A stretch of DNA of 64,000 nucleotides. It comes from a virus. How positions within the stretch are numbered: position 1 is the first letter of the stretch; the number at the start of each line of letters is the position of its first letter. The stretch spans positions 1-64,000 of IMG/VR virus record IMGVR_UViG_3300037235_000042; one strand, written 5' to 3'. The notes beneath the pieces are model-generated. The model did not search any database and was not told the DNA's origin. It saw nothing but the letters and a program-made list of their open reading frames with translations. Shown here one piece after another: positions 53,901 through 63,379 of this stretch. A program made the translations under genes and the position numbers.

Positions 53901-54235
53901 CCATTATTTCCAAAGTGCCACATATCTCCACCGCGGAATATGATTCCGGTTCCCGCTGGTAGCGTGGCGCTTTGCACCGTCAAACAATTACTCGCGCAAG
54001 TTGGCATCTGTGGGGCGTGCGCCCAAGGATGTCCACTGGCTTCGCTCAATCCATCATTCGAGTCGGAACCATTAGACGCCACAAAATAACAGCTTGTCAC
54101 TCCCAGACTGGCAAGCGTGACCAGCGTTCCTTGCGGGTTCGCTGGATTCGTATAGTTAGCACCAGACGGACATGTCCCGCCAGCTCCAAATGACGGGACT
54201 ATGAATAAGAGCGGGATAAGCCAGCGGAGTTTCAT
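50984..54235 (-). CDS. large secreted-type protein: beta-helix plus two choice-of-anchor-D/ASH Ig domains
   Basis: Signal peptide; YFVASNGSDSNDG....PW; WDVGTYEY; two SP..L/VFG...TN.G...L.I...C...L.....CT..VTF.P repeats. Confidence 0.75.
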   Translation of the reverse strand: MKLRWLIPLLFIVPSFGAGGTCPSGANYTNPANPQGTLVTLASLGVTSCYFVASNGSDSNDGLSEASGHPWAHAPQMPTCASNCLTVQSATLPAGTGIIFRGGDMWHFGNNGATPYTGGTWNFSVSPYPMGTSTNPIYVGVDKSWYSGGSWVRPAFNADNSPCNGSTLGTMPDGATCFAATGTACYANGTGYASQNCNYVSACVYQISGGTDNMLNVSGLKYYIVDNIEMLGICNESQGSPNFVVQGNDTYVRYGSMCNSGCSGGVPPLALENLYIHGSSHPQFGVQNGQNCAGVYCFNNFAFQGGVNNSSVGETIVNNVVDFADSDPIGEGLCFSGFYNVAYNVFRYTTQCAPGGANGLHLFHDNLYEYFFENGHSNMIEGIPDNPTTANAIYNNVFRHVEAGITSGGGVFLWFSPPCNTGISSYGCNGSTITTDYIFNNVGYDIGNLEYLNIGGTAGSNANGPYTFFNNTWQSNYSQVIIRCSGYTAAAVNDTNEHYIDDTSTPIGTGCSTQVSTTNLCQSNTSGGTTTACPTYSDANVTPKFDQYTSSETYAYSPLASTNSTVGVGTNETGGYCAALATAGLSAAATACKSATTYACFYNTSTHVNTCPATTANTRPSSGAWDVGTYEYTASSGPGFQYSPSPVAFGLINDGSSSSPITVTITNDGTSGTLNIGTLGSPSDAEYAISSNTCNGQNLAVNATCTFVVTFSPTSAGSKPATISVPDNVGNPDTINLTGTGVATGPIVSLSPTTLVFGSQVLNVTSGGQTTTLTNTGNATLNIVSIATNNSQYVKSSTTCGSTLAATSSCTVSVTFTPNALGSQNYSLIFTTNATSSPDSVALQGTGIPIGYISGGCSTSAILTGASNTPTFSCTPARTGDAVLFAVDCHPSSGTITAITLTATGWTNSTQLIAPLGNTTGNVSALFGFIAPNTSSATFTVSFTGSGVSDCSNFGTVLGGEFQGNSTVGGTTTFAAVGSSAGASGQCSTSVSNVTAANNDSVWFACVDTALGALTPYAVGVNDTADDLSEYRLGVTPAAYTPSFDSGGSYIVMGAAIAPAGVTNSSPAAWFMAGNFLVEGDAR

Positions 54236-57200
54236 TGGAGAAGTAACGCCATTGCCGCTTGCGGGTTTGCGGTCTGATTACCCGTCCCCGTTGATGGTAA
54301 CGTAATGGTTGTGCTAGACACCTGCCCTCCCGATACCGTAGCGGTCAAAAACCCTTGCGAATATGGCATTGGCGTTTGCCCATTTTGATAACCGATTGCA
54401 TATTTTATTGTGGTTCCTGCGCTAACCAACATCAAAATCGCATTGCCTCCCGGCCAATTTACAGTACCTTGGGAGCACGCAGAGTTCGTCGCGCTCGTCC
54501 AGCCAGTGGAGGCCTCGACTGCCGCCGTAGTGCTGCACCACACCTTACCCGCAGTATCAGCCAGTCCCCACGAAGACGGGTTTGTTCCATCGGCAGTTGA
54601 TATGTAAATCGTCATATGGGTAAAAGTGGTTGCCGGAATGTAAACTGTGCCGAACTCAACCGTGTTACCAGAGCTGGTAAAAATCTGAGTATCGCAACCG
54701 CCGCCGCAGCCTGCTGAATTGAGCCAGAAAGACAACTGATTTGCGCCTATTGCTGGCCCCCGTCCGTGAACGTAGTTGCTTCCGTTGGAGCAAATCTCTA
54801 CGCTTGTTCCCGGCGTGATCGGGAATCCCGTATAAGCCGTACCGTCCAGCGTTAGGCTATTTGTACTCAAGAGTAAATTGTAGGGAGCTGACGCCAGCGA
54901 GTTACTCACGATTTCACAGGGCATGTTGCCGCTAACGAGAGCAGGAGCGCTGGCGAGCAGGGTATGCGTCACCGCAGTTGATGAGGAAATTGTGTAGATG
55001 ATTTCCGTCTCTGGCGTCGTCGCGTTGGAAAAATCTCCTGAAACTGTGGAGTAGTTCGCCGTCTTGGTGAGAGGTGTGATGGTTGCAGGAGCACCCGAAC
55101 CACCGCCGCTTCCTCCACCTGAAGGGGTTCCAATAAACATCAACTGATCGGTAATTGTGTTTGAAGTGCTGGCGCTACTAAACGTCGCAAACGTGTCGAG
55201 AAACAACGCTGCCGTAAGGTCGATATTACTGGATGTCGCTGTGTTCGCGTCAGAGTAAGTAGTAGTGACGACACTGCCTGAGGTAAGATCAATGGCCGCT
55301 ACTCCGTGGCAGATTAAGTTGCCGGTTGAGCCAGTGGTCTTTGTACCGCACTTTAGGTTGGCGTTAAATTGATTGTTAGCTCCGGTCACAGTAGTCGCGC
55401 TTGCCAACGCTGCTAGAGTTACGACGGTTCCTGAGCCGCAGCCCGAGACGGTACAAAGCTTGAACGTCAACGTAAGCGAAGGCGTTGATGTCGTGCTAAA
55501 TATCCCTGAGCTATGGATAAGCGTTGGAAAGCTGGCCGAATTTAAGTATCCCGCTGTAAGAGATAGTTCTTGAAGCTGCTGGGCAGTCGTAACGCTATTA
55601 TTCGCTGTGACTGGCGTAGTGTTCGATACTGCTAAGGAATTCAAACATCCAGTCGTACTTACGCCTCCATTTGCTGTTGCACAAACTGGCGTTCCAACTG
55701 TTGTGCTGATTGTCGCAGCCGAAGCAAGTCCGGTATCGGTTCCTACAATAGCTTCCGAGGAGGTAACCGTGCTCGCAGTCGCTGCTATAGCAACCTGCCC
55801 AGCGGTCATGCCAGACAGACTTCCGCTAATCGTATTACAGCCCCAGGCGTGTGTTGTCGTGTTATACGTCAGGGCGCTCGTTCCAGCCGAGCAACTTGGA
55901 ATCGCAACGTCCGTTGGGGCTGCCGTGCTGCCTGTTTCGTTCTGATAAATAGAGTCGGCGGCTAAGGTTGGAAGCTGGGCTAGTGTTGCATTTCCGGTGA
56001 GTCCGGTAAATGGAACGCCAGTGAAGTTGGTCCCTGTCAGTGTCGGTGCCGTGTTGCAGGAGAATCCTGTCGTGGTTGAGAATTGCATGACCCCGGTGCA
56101 GGCCGGGAATGCTGCAAAGGTCGGGAAGTAAATCCGGTCCCAGTTAGTCGCTGCATCGGAGTATACGAAGCTGGCGAAGTTGTTGAGGATCGTGCAAGTG
56201 GAAGCGCCGTCGCACAGATCGGAATGGCCTGCGTTTGGGGTGATTGTCATGGTCGCGCCTTCGGTATTTCTCAGAGCGAAACCGTCGTTATTGGTGAATC
56301 CCGATGAGGCCAGAGATGGCAGAGCTAAAGCCGTACCCGTCGTCCAATTCAGGAAGTTAAAGCGATCAGTCGTTAGCAGTGTGACCGGATTCGTCGCATC
56401 AATCGGCACGCCCGCTAATTGCCACACTTCCGCTGCTGCGGCTCCTGCTGATGGAGTATTCGTTAGGAATTGCGGAACACTATTGGGTGCGGTCGGCCCT
56501 GCTAATCTTGCCGCTGCTGGCGTGGCATTCTCGTAAATGATGTCTCCGAGCGTGGTCATGGGATTCGCAAAACCGCTTGTCTGCGCCACGCAATCGCTGG
56601 CTTGTGGCGTGAATACGTAAGTGGCTGTGTTGCATCCGGTTAGCCCTTGAATCAAAGTAGCGGCCTGGCCTGCCGTGGCTGCCGTGTCTGCCGCGCTCGC
56701 AGTGCCATACCTAAATCCAGTGATGCTGGTCGTTGAGATTGCGCCTGCGCTGGTGATCGCTAGCGGGAGTGTCGCACTTAGGCCCGCACTGCCCACATCG
56801 GCAATCGGAATAAGGTTCGTACATGTGCTGCTTAAATTCTTGCTAGCATCGGTGCAGATGGGAAGTGAGGCTGTCAGGCTACTGTCGTTGAATAGCGGTG
56901 CAGTTACTGAAGTCCCGGCAGTGGCTGCACCCCCGATGCTGAAGGCGTGCGTGACTAAATTGTCTACAAAGAAATTGGCAGCACCATTGGCGGTATAGGT
57001 CGCCGCTGGTCCGTTGTACGACCATGCGGCAGTTCCATATAAGCGATTGCCCACATCGTAAACGTCATCTACGATGGCGAACGTTCCAGCATCATGTTCC
57101 GATGCCATCATGTTAACGGTAAGCGCAGTCAGAACATTGCTGCTTCCGCCGATAACGTCGATTCCATACTGGGTCTGCTCATAATTTAACTGCCCAATGT

Positions 57201-58599
57201 TCATCCCCGGCGAAATTCCGCTTCCTGTGGGATTATTGATCACGACACAAACTTCATCGTAACCACAAATAAGGTGTTGCACGGCAGCGTGTTCAACTAA
57301 CGTCAAAGCGGTAGTAAAGCCATCAGCCCGCAATGTTCCAATGTCGATCAGGTCGGGATTCCCGGCACCGGGAGCGATCACACATACACCGCCTGCGGTC
57401 GGAACTGCCACGGGGACGCTGCCCACATCGCAACTATTGAATCCCGGCATCGAGAGTTGGCCAATGGCTACTGCGTTGATCGCGCTGTAAAGTGGATTAA
57501 CCGTCCTACGAAATGCGATTCCATTGACGATCAACTTGACGGCAGTGTACCCACTGTTTCCGCCCGTGGATGATCCAGCGCCCGCGATTAGATCGCAACC
57601 CGTGCTAGCGGTTTGAATCACCGTGCCGCCTTGGGCTGCCCCGTTATCTAAATTTAGCGCGGGCGTGAGGCCTTCGATGTCTACAACTGCGAATGGGGTA
57701 TCGACGAAAGTTGCGGTGTTGATCGTCGGAACCAGAATCATCGAGGTTGCGGCATTGGAGGTCTGACAAGCGGTGTTTACGTTGAATACCCCAGAGGGTA
57801 GAAGAATCTTTGCTTCGGTCGATGTCGTAGCCGTGTTAACTGCTGCTTGCAGTGCAGCACCATCATCGTGATAAACACCTTTGCCTGCAGTGGTTGGCGC
57901 AGAACTGCAAGCCGGGGAGATCGTCAGATTCCCTGTCGCGACCGCTGTGATCTTGCTCACGCAATCACTCGTACTCGACCCCGGACAGTGTTGTGTTCCG
58001 GTTGCGCCTGCACCGACGATACACACTCCCTGATTTACTGCAAAGTCAGTGATCGAGGCGACATTAATCGAAGTTGTGGTGCTGGCTGTACCAGAAATAG
58101 TAGTGCTAAGATTCGCGCCGGACGAAACGACGAGCGCTGACGATGGAATGGAAACAGTTGGATTGATCGGACCTGAAACTAGGTTCTGCGCCGAAATTGC
58201 CGAGATACTAGAAATTGTTCCGGTTCCGCTGGTTGCCAGCGAGGCCCCGCTTCCCACCACCATTGCTGCTGATGTATTCGTAGCTGAGGTAATCGCACTG
58301 AAGGCAGGGGCCGATGCCGACGATCCGGCAAAGGCCCACGCCGATCCAGTATAGATACAGGCTACAGCGTTCGTCCCGCTACCGGTCGTACAGTCACTGG
58401 TTGTAGATCCGTCAGAGACCGTGGCGAAGAAGCCACGGGATTTTCCGGTGGGTAGAGTAGCCACAGTGTAGATAGTAAGTCCGCCACCCCCACCGCCCGG
58501 ACCTCCACCACCGCCTTGTTGAGCGAACACGGGGATAGCCAGTAGGAATAGGCTTAGACAGAGGTTAAGTTTCCTGCTACACAATTGCGAACGAGACAT
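54232..58599 (-). CDS. very large T/A/S/G-rich fibre/adhesin-like protein with signal peptide
   Basis: GGAG RBS before ATG 58599; LFLLAIPVFA/Q; DDGAALQAAVN beta-helix start; NPMTTLGDIIY fibre motif. Confidence 0.72.
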   Translation of the reverse strand: MSRSQLCSRKLNLCLSLFLLAIPVFAQQGGGGGPGGGGGGLTIYTVATLPTGKSRGFFATVSDGSTTSDCTTGSGTNAVACIYTGSAWAFAGSSASAPAFSAITSATNTSAAMVVGSGASLATSGTGTISSISAISAQNLVSGPINPTVSIPSSALVVSSGANLSTTISGTASTTTSINVASITDFAVNQGVCIVGAGATGTQHCPGSSTSDCVSKITAVATGNLTISPACSSAPTTAGKGVYHDDGAALQAAVNTATTSTEAKILLPSGVFNVNTACQTSNAATSMILVPTINTATFVDTPFAVVDIEGLTPALNLDNGAAQGGTVIQTASTGCDLIAGAGSSTGGNSGYTAVKLIVNGIAFRRTVNPLYSAINAVAIGQLSMPGFNSCDVGSVPVAVPTAGGVCVIAPGAGNPDLIDIGTLRADGFTTALTLVEHAAVQHLICGYDEVCVVINNPTGSGISPGMNIGQLNYEQTQYGIDVIGGSSNVLTALTVNMMASEHDAGTFAIVDDVYDVGNRLYGTAAWSYNGPAATYTANGAANFFVDNLVTHAFSIGGAATAGTSVTAPLFNDSSLTASLPICTDASKNLSSTCTNLIPIADVGSAGLSATLPLAITSAGAISTTSITGFRYGTASAADTAATAGQAATLIQGLTGCNTATYVFTPQASDCVAQTSGFANPMTTLGDIIYENATPAAARLAGPTAPNSVPQFLTNTPSAGAAAAEVWQLAGVPIDATNPVTLLTTDRFNFLNWTTGTALALPSLASSGFTNNDGFALRNTEGATMTITPNAGHSDLCDGASTCTILNNFASFVYSDAATNWDRIYFPTFAAFPACTGVMQFSTTTGFSCNTAPTLTGTNFTGVPFTGLTGNATLAQLPTLAADSIYQNETGSTAAPTDVAIPSCSAGTSALTYNTTTHAWGCNTISGSLSGMTAGQVAIAATASTVTSSEAIVGTDTGLASAATISTTVGTPVCATANGGVSTTGCLNSLAVSNTTPVTANNSVTTAQQLQELSLTAGYLNSASFPTLIHSSGIFSTTSTPSLTLTFKLCTVSGCGSGTVVTLAALASATTVTGANNQFNANLKCGTKTTGSTGNLICHGVAAIDLTSGSVVTTTYSDANTATSSNIDLTAALFLDTFATFSSASTSNTITDQLMFIGTPSGGGSGGGSGAPATITPLTKTANYSTVSGDFSNATTPETEIIYTISSSTAVTHTLLASAPALVSGNMPCEIVSNSLASAPYNLLLSTNSLTLDGTAYTGFPITPGTSVEICSNGSNYVHGRGPAIGANQLSFWLNSAGCGGGCDTQIFTSSGNTVEFGTVYIPATTFTHMTIYISTADGTNPSSWGLADTAGKVWCSTTAAVEASTGWTSATNSACSQGTVNWPGGNAILMLVSAGTTIKYAIGYQNGQTPMPYSQGFLTATVSGGQVSSTTITLPSTGTGNQTANPQAAMALLLQ

Positions 58600-59221
58600 T
58601 ATATTGGTCTCCACTTGTGCCCAGCACGAACAGCTCAGACATCGCGAATGGGTTGCCGAAAAAGTTTTCAGTCGCGGAATAGTAATAGGGATTAGCCAGA
58701 GAAGCGACCTTCGGCAGTTTGAAAATCCGGCGGAACGTGGCGGACATGTTATAAGAGTTTCCAATATAGAGGAAATTCCCAGTCCCGCCGTCTTCGAGGG
58801 TTACCAGAAGATTGTTCGCGGTCGTGTTAGGGATGATGAAGGAGCCCGTGCCAAACGCTCCGGAGACGTGGGAGTTTTCAGTCACGACGCCTGGGCCGCC
58901 ACCGACACCGGTTTTCTTATAGCCTAAGGTAACGGTGTTAACAGTGGTCCCGCCAATACTTGTGATTAGGACGTCTTCTGCGTTCCCTCCGGCAGGATCG
59001 ACAATGAGCGCGTTCATTCCAGCGATGGACTGACCAGCAGGACCGCCGAAGATGGAAGTAGCATCACACACGCTGCCAGTGGTTACAGTGGCCGTTCCTA
59101 AAGTAAGGGTGATCGGAGCCTTGGAAGGAGCGCCGATCCCAGCAGTGATCCACGAACCGACTAAGGGCTGAGCGACGGTTGACGATGCCAGCGTAAAAAC
59201 TGCAAACGAGCGGAATGCCAT
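58577..59221 (-). CDS. virion structural protein (putative)
   Basis: GAGGAG RBS; beta-rich. Confidence 0.6.
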   Translation of the reverse strand: MAFRSFAVFTLASSTVAQPLVGSWITAGIGAPSKAPITLTLGTATVTTGSVCDATSIFGGPAGQSIAGMNALIVDPAGGNAEDVLITSIGGTTVNTVTLGYKKTGVGGGPGVVTENSHVSGAFGTGSFIIPNTTANNLLVTLEDGGTGNFLYIGNSYNMSATFRRIFKLPKVASLANPYYYSATENFFGNPFAMSELFVLGTSGDQYNVSFAIV

Positions 59222-59604
59222 TAGCTCTCCTCTTGGTCGTTTCGGTTCTGTTTCCCGGTGAAAGCTGGATGTTTCAACGTGTTATTCCCACTACCCCAGC
59301 CATAACCTCCGACCTCAGGGCTGTACTTAGCAGCATCGTGCATTCGTTCTGGTGAAGCTCGACGGCGGGTGACGGTGACGTTACACGGGGAGGACAGCAT
59401 GCCTGGGTAATTACGCTGCCGTCCCTTTGGCTGACGGGATGGAGTACAGTCGATGTGAGTTTCCATGGGCATGGTGGAATCGCCGACGACTGAAGTTACG
59501 GAACGGGAATTGACGGAGAGAGGATGCTTGCCGGAATCGCCTTCGACGTCGCGGCGGTAACCACGAACGCGGTCGGATTCAGGAGTGCGGACTGGTTTAA
59601 CCAT
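59221..59604 (-). CDS. hypothetical protein
   Basis: AAGGAG RBS. Confidence 0.55.
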   Translation of the reverse strand: MVKPVRTPESDRVRGYRRDVEGDSGKHPLSVNSRSVTSVVGDSTMPMETHIDCTPSRQPKGRQRNYPGMLSSPCNVTVTRRRASPERMHDAAKYSPEVGGYGWGSGNNTLKHPAFTGKQNRNDQEES

Positions 59605-59617
59605 TGTTCAAGTCTCC

Positions 59618-60091
59618 TTAAGCGACCAGTAATTTATCCTTGGTCGTCGGTCCTACGTTAACGCCGACCATGTCGTCTCGCTGCTCAGGTGGCGTCCATT
59701 TCCACTTATAATCGTGTCTGATGTCTCCTGCCCAGTTCTCATGCTGCGGCGGCGTATCGAGAGCTTCCTGAGTCAAACAATGAGAAGCATGATGGACGAA
59801 GCCAAACTTCTTCTCAGCGGCTCTCAACTCCCGTTCGGAGTTAACCTTGACCGGCTTGTTGTTCTCGTCGCGGACGTGTTGCAGGGTGAGATTCTCGAAT
59901 GGATTGTGGGCCGGGCCACGTTTCATGGCGAATCTCGTCGGAGCCATTCGAGTGTGAACTCGGGAGATTAGACGTTCGAGGTTCTTCGAGTCACACTTCG
60001 GACAAGCGACCATGGCTTCGTGGGCCTTGGTCAGGATCAAGGCTTCGAACTCGATATGACAGTCTAAACAACGTTCGTCGAATATGGGCAT
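59618..60091 (-). CDS. FmdB-family zinc-ribbon protein
   Basis: MPIFD.RCLDC..EFE.L......CPKC.S..LERLIS. Confidence 0.85.
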   Translation of the reverse strand: MPIFDERCLDCHIEFEALILTKAHEAMVACPKCDSKNLERLISRVHTRMAPTRFAMKRGPAHNPFENLTLQHVRDENNKPVKVNSERELRAAEKKFGFVHHASHCLTQEALDTPPQHENWAGDIRHDYKWKWTPPEQRDDMVGVNVGPTTKDKLLVA

Positions 60092-60094
60092 TGG

Positions 60095-60313
60095 TTAAGC
60101 GACTCGCTTTTGTTCCTGTTCCTGTTCACGTTCCTCAACCCAGGACCGTTTGATCTCCAAGAGAACCTTGTGTGTCCAACCTTCCGCTCGGCGGATATTC
60201 CGTTCTGCTAAACTCAACCAAGGCTCTCGCAGCATCCGTCTCCATTCCTGAACTGATCGATTCCGTAACTGCATAAGGAACCAATAAGCCAAGGCTTGGT
60301 CGGAGATCGACAT
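60095..60313 (-). CDS. hypothetical protein
   Basis: Operon order. Confidence 0.5.
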   Translation of the reverse strand: MSISDQALAYWFLMQLRNRSVQEWRRMLREPWLSLAERNIRRAEGWTHKVLLEIKRSWVEEREQEQEQKRVA

Positions 60314-60381
60314 CTTGAGATAGAACTCGGAGATATGGTATTCGAGGCTTAGGGGAGGGAACTAGGAGAAGTGAAAATTTG

Positions 60382-61389
60382 TTACCAGTCGCCGTCGCTG
60401 TTGGTCGACGATCCGACCGGGTGTAACACGTCGTAGAACGCATCGCCGGGATCGACCATGGGCATCTGCTCCCAACGCTGGACGACGTCCTGACGGTAGA
60501 GTTGTTCGTCGGCCTGTTCCATGGCCATTAGCTCCCCGGCGAACTCCTGCATTTTGGTCCGGGAGACCGCTAAGGCAGTCGCAGGGTCGTAGTAGGAATT
60601 CTCCTTCGGGCGATAGAGCAGGCAGTCAGCGATAGCGCGAGCCACGAGAACGTCCGAACGCATGAACGCTGGAAGCACGTCGGAGTCGTTCACGAGGTTC
60701 GGCGGCTGGGTATAGGCGAGATAAGGAAAAGTCTGCTGAATCATCGACGCCGGGTAGAGTTCGAACTGGAAGTTTCCGTTCGGATCCGGAGGCATCGAGG
60801 CCAGACCCCAAGGATACAATATCTGCAGCCGCGAGGGGTCTCGGGCGTTCAAGGTCGCCTGATTCAAGTTGACCCACATCCGGCGTTGAAGCTGGAGGTT
60901 GATGCATTCGATGATGAACTTTATGTTCGGGATCGAGTAGTATTGCTGGACGATGAAGTAGCCGGTTGAGGACTGGGAAGGCGAGCCCCACGGGAGTTCG
61001 AGGGTTAGGGTGGTGGAATTGGGAACCGCGATGATGTTGTAGATCGGGTTTATGTAGCCGACGCGAAGGGACAGTCCGACTAGGGAAGAGGTGAAGTTCG
61101 TGCCCGTGCCAGTGACAGTAGCGGAACCGTTGGTGACTGCGATGGTTCCGGTTGAGTAGTAGGCTGGAGAAATTATCTGGCCCTTTCGTAATGTCCCTAC
61201 CCATAATCTTTTATCTATGACTGAACGCAAAGCGTTATTTAGAAAAGTTTGCACCATGCTAACGCTACAAGAGGGGTTCCAAGAAAGACATTCTCCAATC
61301 ATTTGTCCGAAACTCTGTTGAGCAACATACGGCTGATTGCCGTTCGGGCCGATCTGATTCGGTATGGCTTGAGGTGGAATGATCGGCAT
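60382..61389 (-). CDS. head-tail adaptor-like protein with inserted beta module
   Basis: FLNNALR.V, TGTIAVTNGSATVTGTGTNFT, FELYP, P.LVNDSDVLP. Confidence 0.65.
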   Translation of the reverse strand: MPIIPPQAIPNQIGPNGNQPYVAQQSFGQMIGECLSWNPSCSVSMVQTFLNNALRSVIDKRLWVGTLRKGQIISPAYYSTGTIAVTNGSATVTGTGTNFTSSLVGLSLRVGYINPIYNIIAVPNSTTLTLELPWGSPSQSSTGYFIVQQYYSIPNIKFIIECINLQLQRRMWVNLNQATLNARDPSRLQILYPWGLASMPPDPNGNFQFELYPASMIQQTFPYLAYTQPPNLVNDSDVLPAFMRSDVLVARAIADCLLYRPKENSYYDPATALAVSRTKMQEFAGELMAMEQADEQLYRQDVVQRWEQMPMVDPGDAFYDVLHPVGSSTNSDGDW

Positions 61390-61485
61390 ATAAAAACCTA
61401 ATGGGCCTCAGCTCCCTTCGAAGCTTTGGCCCATTCTACGCCTTCTCGGGGAAGAGAAGAACGATTAAACTTCTTCGACCTCAAC

Positions 61486-62643
61486 TTATCTCTGACACAT
61501 CACGAGCGCTGTCCATGAGTAAGTGGTCAGGTTCGTGCCCGCAGCAATCTCGACAGAATCCTCCGGAGCCGCGCCCACGATCAATGGAGCTGCAGCGCCA
61601 GCGTCCGCACCGGTCGAGATATTCGCGTGGTTGAAGTTATATTCAAACAGCGCGTTGGTCAGGCCAGTTGCGATGACCGTGCCGACGTAACCGTTCAGCG
61701 CGGCTCCGTTGGTCAGGCCTTGGACCATCACTAAAGTATTGACTGGAAAATTCTGGACGGCGCTTAGAGAAACCACGTTCGACGTCAGAACGCTGTTCGT
61801 TACGGAAGCCGAGAAGCCAGTAGTGATGGGCGTCCGGCCTTGCGTGACCATAGGAACAACGGATCCGGTGGTTTCTGAGCCAGTGGTGACGTTGGCATGG
61901 TTCAGGTTGAACGTGAACTGGGTCGCGGAAGCGGTTAAGACTTGAACCGTGTAACCGTTCAGAGCTGAAGCGTTCGTTAAACCTTGCAATAGGACTAGCT
62001 GGCCAGGGACGAACGTGTTGGCCGCAGTGATTGTGCCGACGTTCGACGCTAGGACGGTTGTGGTCGGGATTCCTGTAGCCACGCCTGCGAAGGTTGCTCC
62101 ACCGCTCTGGGTCACGACTGGGTAGGCTAGAACTCCAGTATCGGCGGCTGAGCTGACTGCACCACCGATCCCCGCCCATGTGAACGAGAAGGTTGTAGCT
62201 GTGGCAGCAGTGACGTAGACGAGTTGTCCGTTGGCCTTAGCGATATTTCCGTTCGCTGCTCCTTGGAAGACTACGAAGCATGGGGCCACGAGAGAATTAG
62301 GCGCGGTGATGGTTACCAAGTTAGCCGCTGTACAGACGCTCAGGGTGGAAGTTCCAGTCGCTGCTCCCAAGGTTAGGAACGTTCCAGACGGCGTGCCTGG
62401 GCCTTCAACTTGAAGCGTTCCTAGAGTGCTTTGATAAGCGAGTTCAAATTGCTGAAAAGAAGTCGACGCGCCAAGTTGAAGAACCCCGGCCAAGTGAATC
62501 CCGTCGAGCCCGAACAGCCCAGGCGTGAGCGGATAGCCTCCGGCAGGATAGCTCGAATCGCCGGTGATGGTGAACAGGCCGAACGGGGTAAGTCCGGCGA
62601 AGTCCAGCCCAGAATCCCCAAGTTTCGTAATCGTAAGCGCCAT
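61486..62643 (-). CDS. head decoration-like protein with three internal repeats
   Basis: ITGDSSYPAGGY N-terminus; repeats N....TA.N.F....LV..QGLTN..ALNGY...V...T...F.FN.NHAN. Confidence 0.65.
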   Translation of the reverse strand: MALTITKLGDSGLDFAGLTPFGLFTITGDSSYPAGGYPLTPGLFGLDGIHLAGVLQLGASTSFQQFELAYQSTLGTLQVEGPGTPSGTFLTLGAATGTSTLSVCTAANLVTITAPNSLVAPCFVVFQGAANGNIAKANGQLVYVTAATATTFSFTWAGIGGAVSSAADTGVLAYPVVTQSGGATFAGVATGIPTTTVLASNVGTITAANTFVPGQLVLLQGLTNASALNGYTVQVLTASATQFTFNLNHANVTTGSETTGSVVPMVTQGRTPITTGFSASVTNSVLTSNVVSLSAVQNFPVNTLVMVQGLTNGAALNGYVGTVIATGLTNALFEYNFNHANISTGADAGAAAPLIVGAAPEDSVEIAAGTNLTTYSWTALVMCQR

Positions 62644-62678
62644 TTTCCGTACCTCGCGAAACTTTCAAATCTTTCAAC

Positions 62679-63317
62679 TTAGAACAGGGGTAAATTGGCT
62701 TCGACGTCAGCCAAGTTGCTCGTGACTGTTCCGATGACCCAGCCGAGTAGCTTGTTGGTTGGGGCGGTGTTGACCGCAACGCCGGTCGGGGTCCAAGCAG
62801 TGGCTGAGCCGACGAGGCCTTGACCTTGCGAGGCTGAAGCGACGTAGGCTCCACCGATGTAGCCAGAAAGCCCGATGAACACGAAAGAGCCGTTCCCGCT
62901 GTTACGCAGGACAGAGATAGTGAACGCGGTTGTGCCCAGAGCAGTCGTGTTCGGCAGCAGCCAGCCTGCGATAGAGTTGGCGTCGGCTAGTTGGGATTCA
63001 GACTGGAGATCGGTGACTTGGGTGTAGGTCTCGTCCGTCCAGTAGACCGGGGCAGGACCGGCTTTGACGGCGGTCGTGTCGGTGCTTTTGAACAAAACGT
63101 ATTTCACCCATAGCCCTGAGCCTGACCCCTTCGACGTTGAAGCAGTCAGATATTGGTTTGACTGCAATCCGCCCTCACCAGCTCCAAGGAAATAGAGCGA
63201 TCCCAGAGGGTTCAACGCGCCGTTGTTCTGCACGGTAGAGACATAAGGATCAGCGGTCCCGAAGACTCCGTTGCCCAAGACCAAGTTGGACGAGATTACT
63301 GGGTAATTTGGTAACAT
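62679..63317 (-). CDS. capsid cement/decoration protein (putative)
   Basis: GAGGAG RBS; directly after the capsid gene. Confidence 0.6.
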   Translation of the reverse strand: MLPNYPVISSNLVLGNGVFGTADPYVSTVQNNGALNPLGSLYFLGAGEGGLQSNQYLTASTSKGSGSGLWVKYVLFKSTDTTAVKAGPAPVYWTDETYTQVTDLQSESQLADANSIAGWLLPNTTALGTTAFTISVLRNSGNGSFVFIGLSGYIGGAYVASASQGQGLVGSATAWTPTGVAVNTAPTNKLLGWVIGTVTSNLADVEANLPLF

Positions 63318-63379
63318 TTTCTATTCTCCTCGCCCGATTGGGCAAGCTCAATTTCTATCAACCTACGACCAGATTACGA

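Noticed and set aside
58600-58764. N-terminal 55 aa of the 1510-aa ORF
   Set aside because: Overlaps the upstream gene; RBS and signal peptide support a start at 58599
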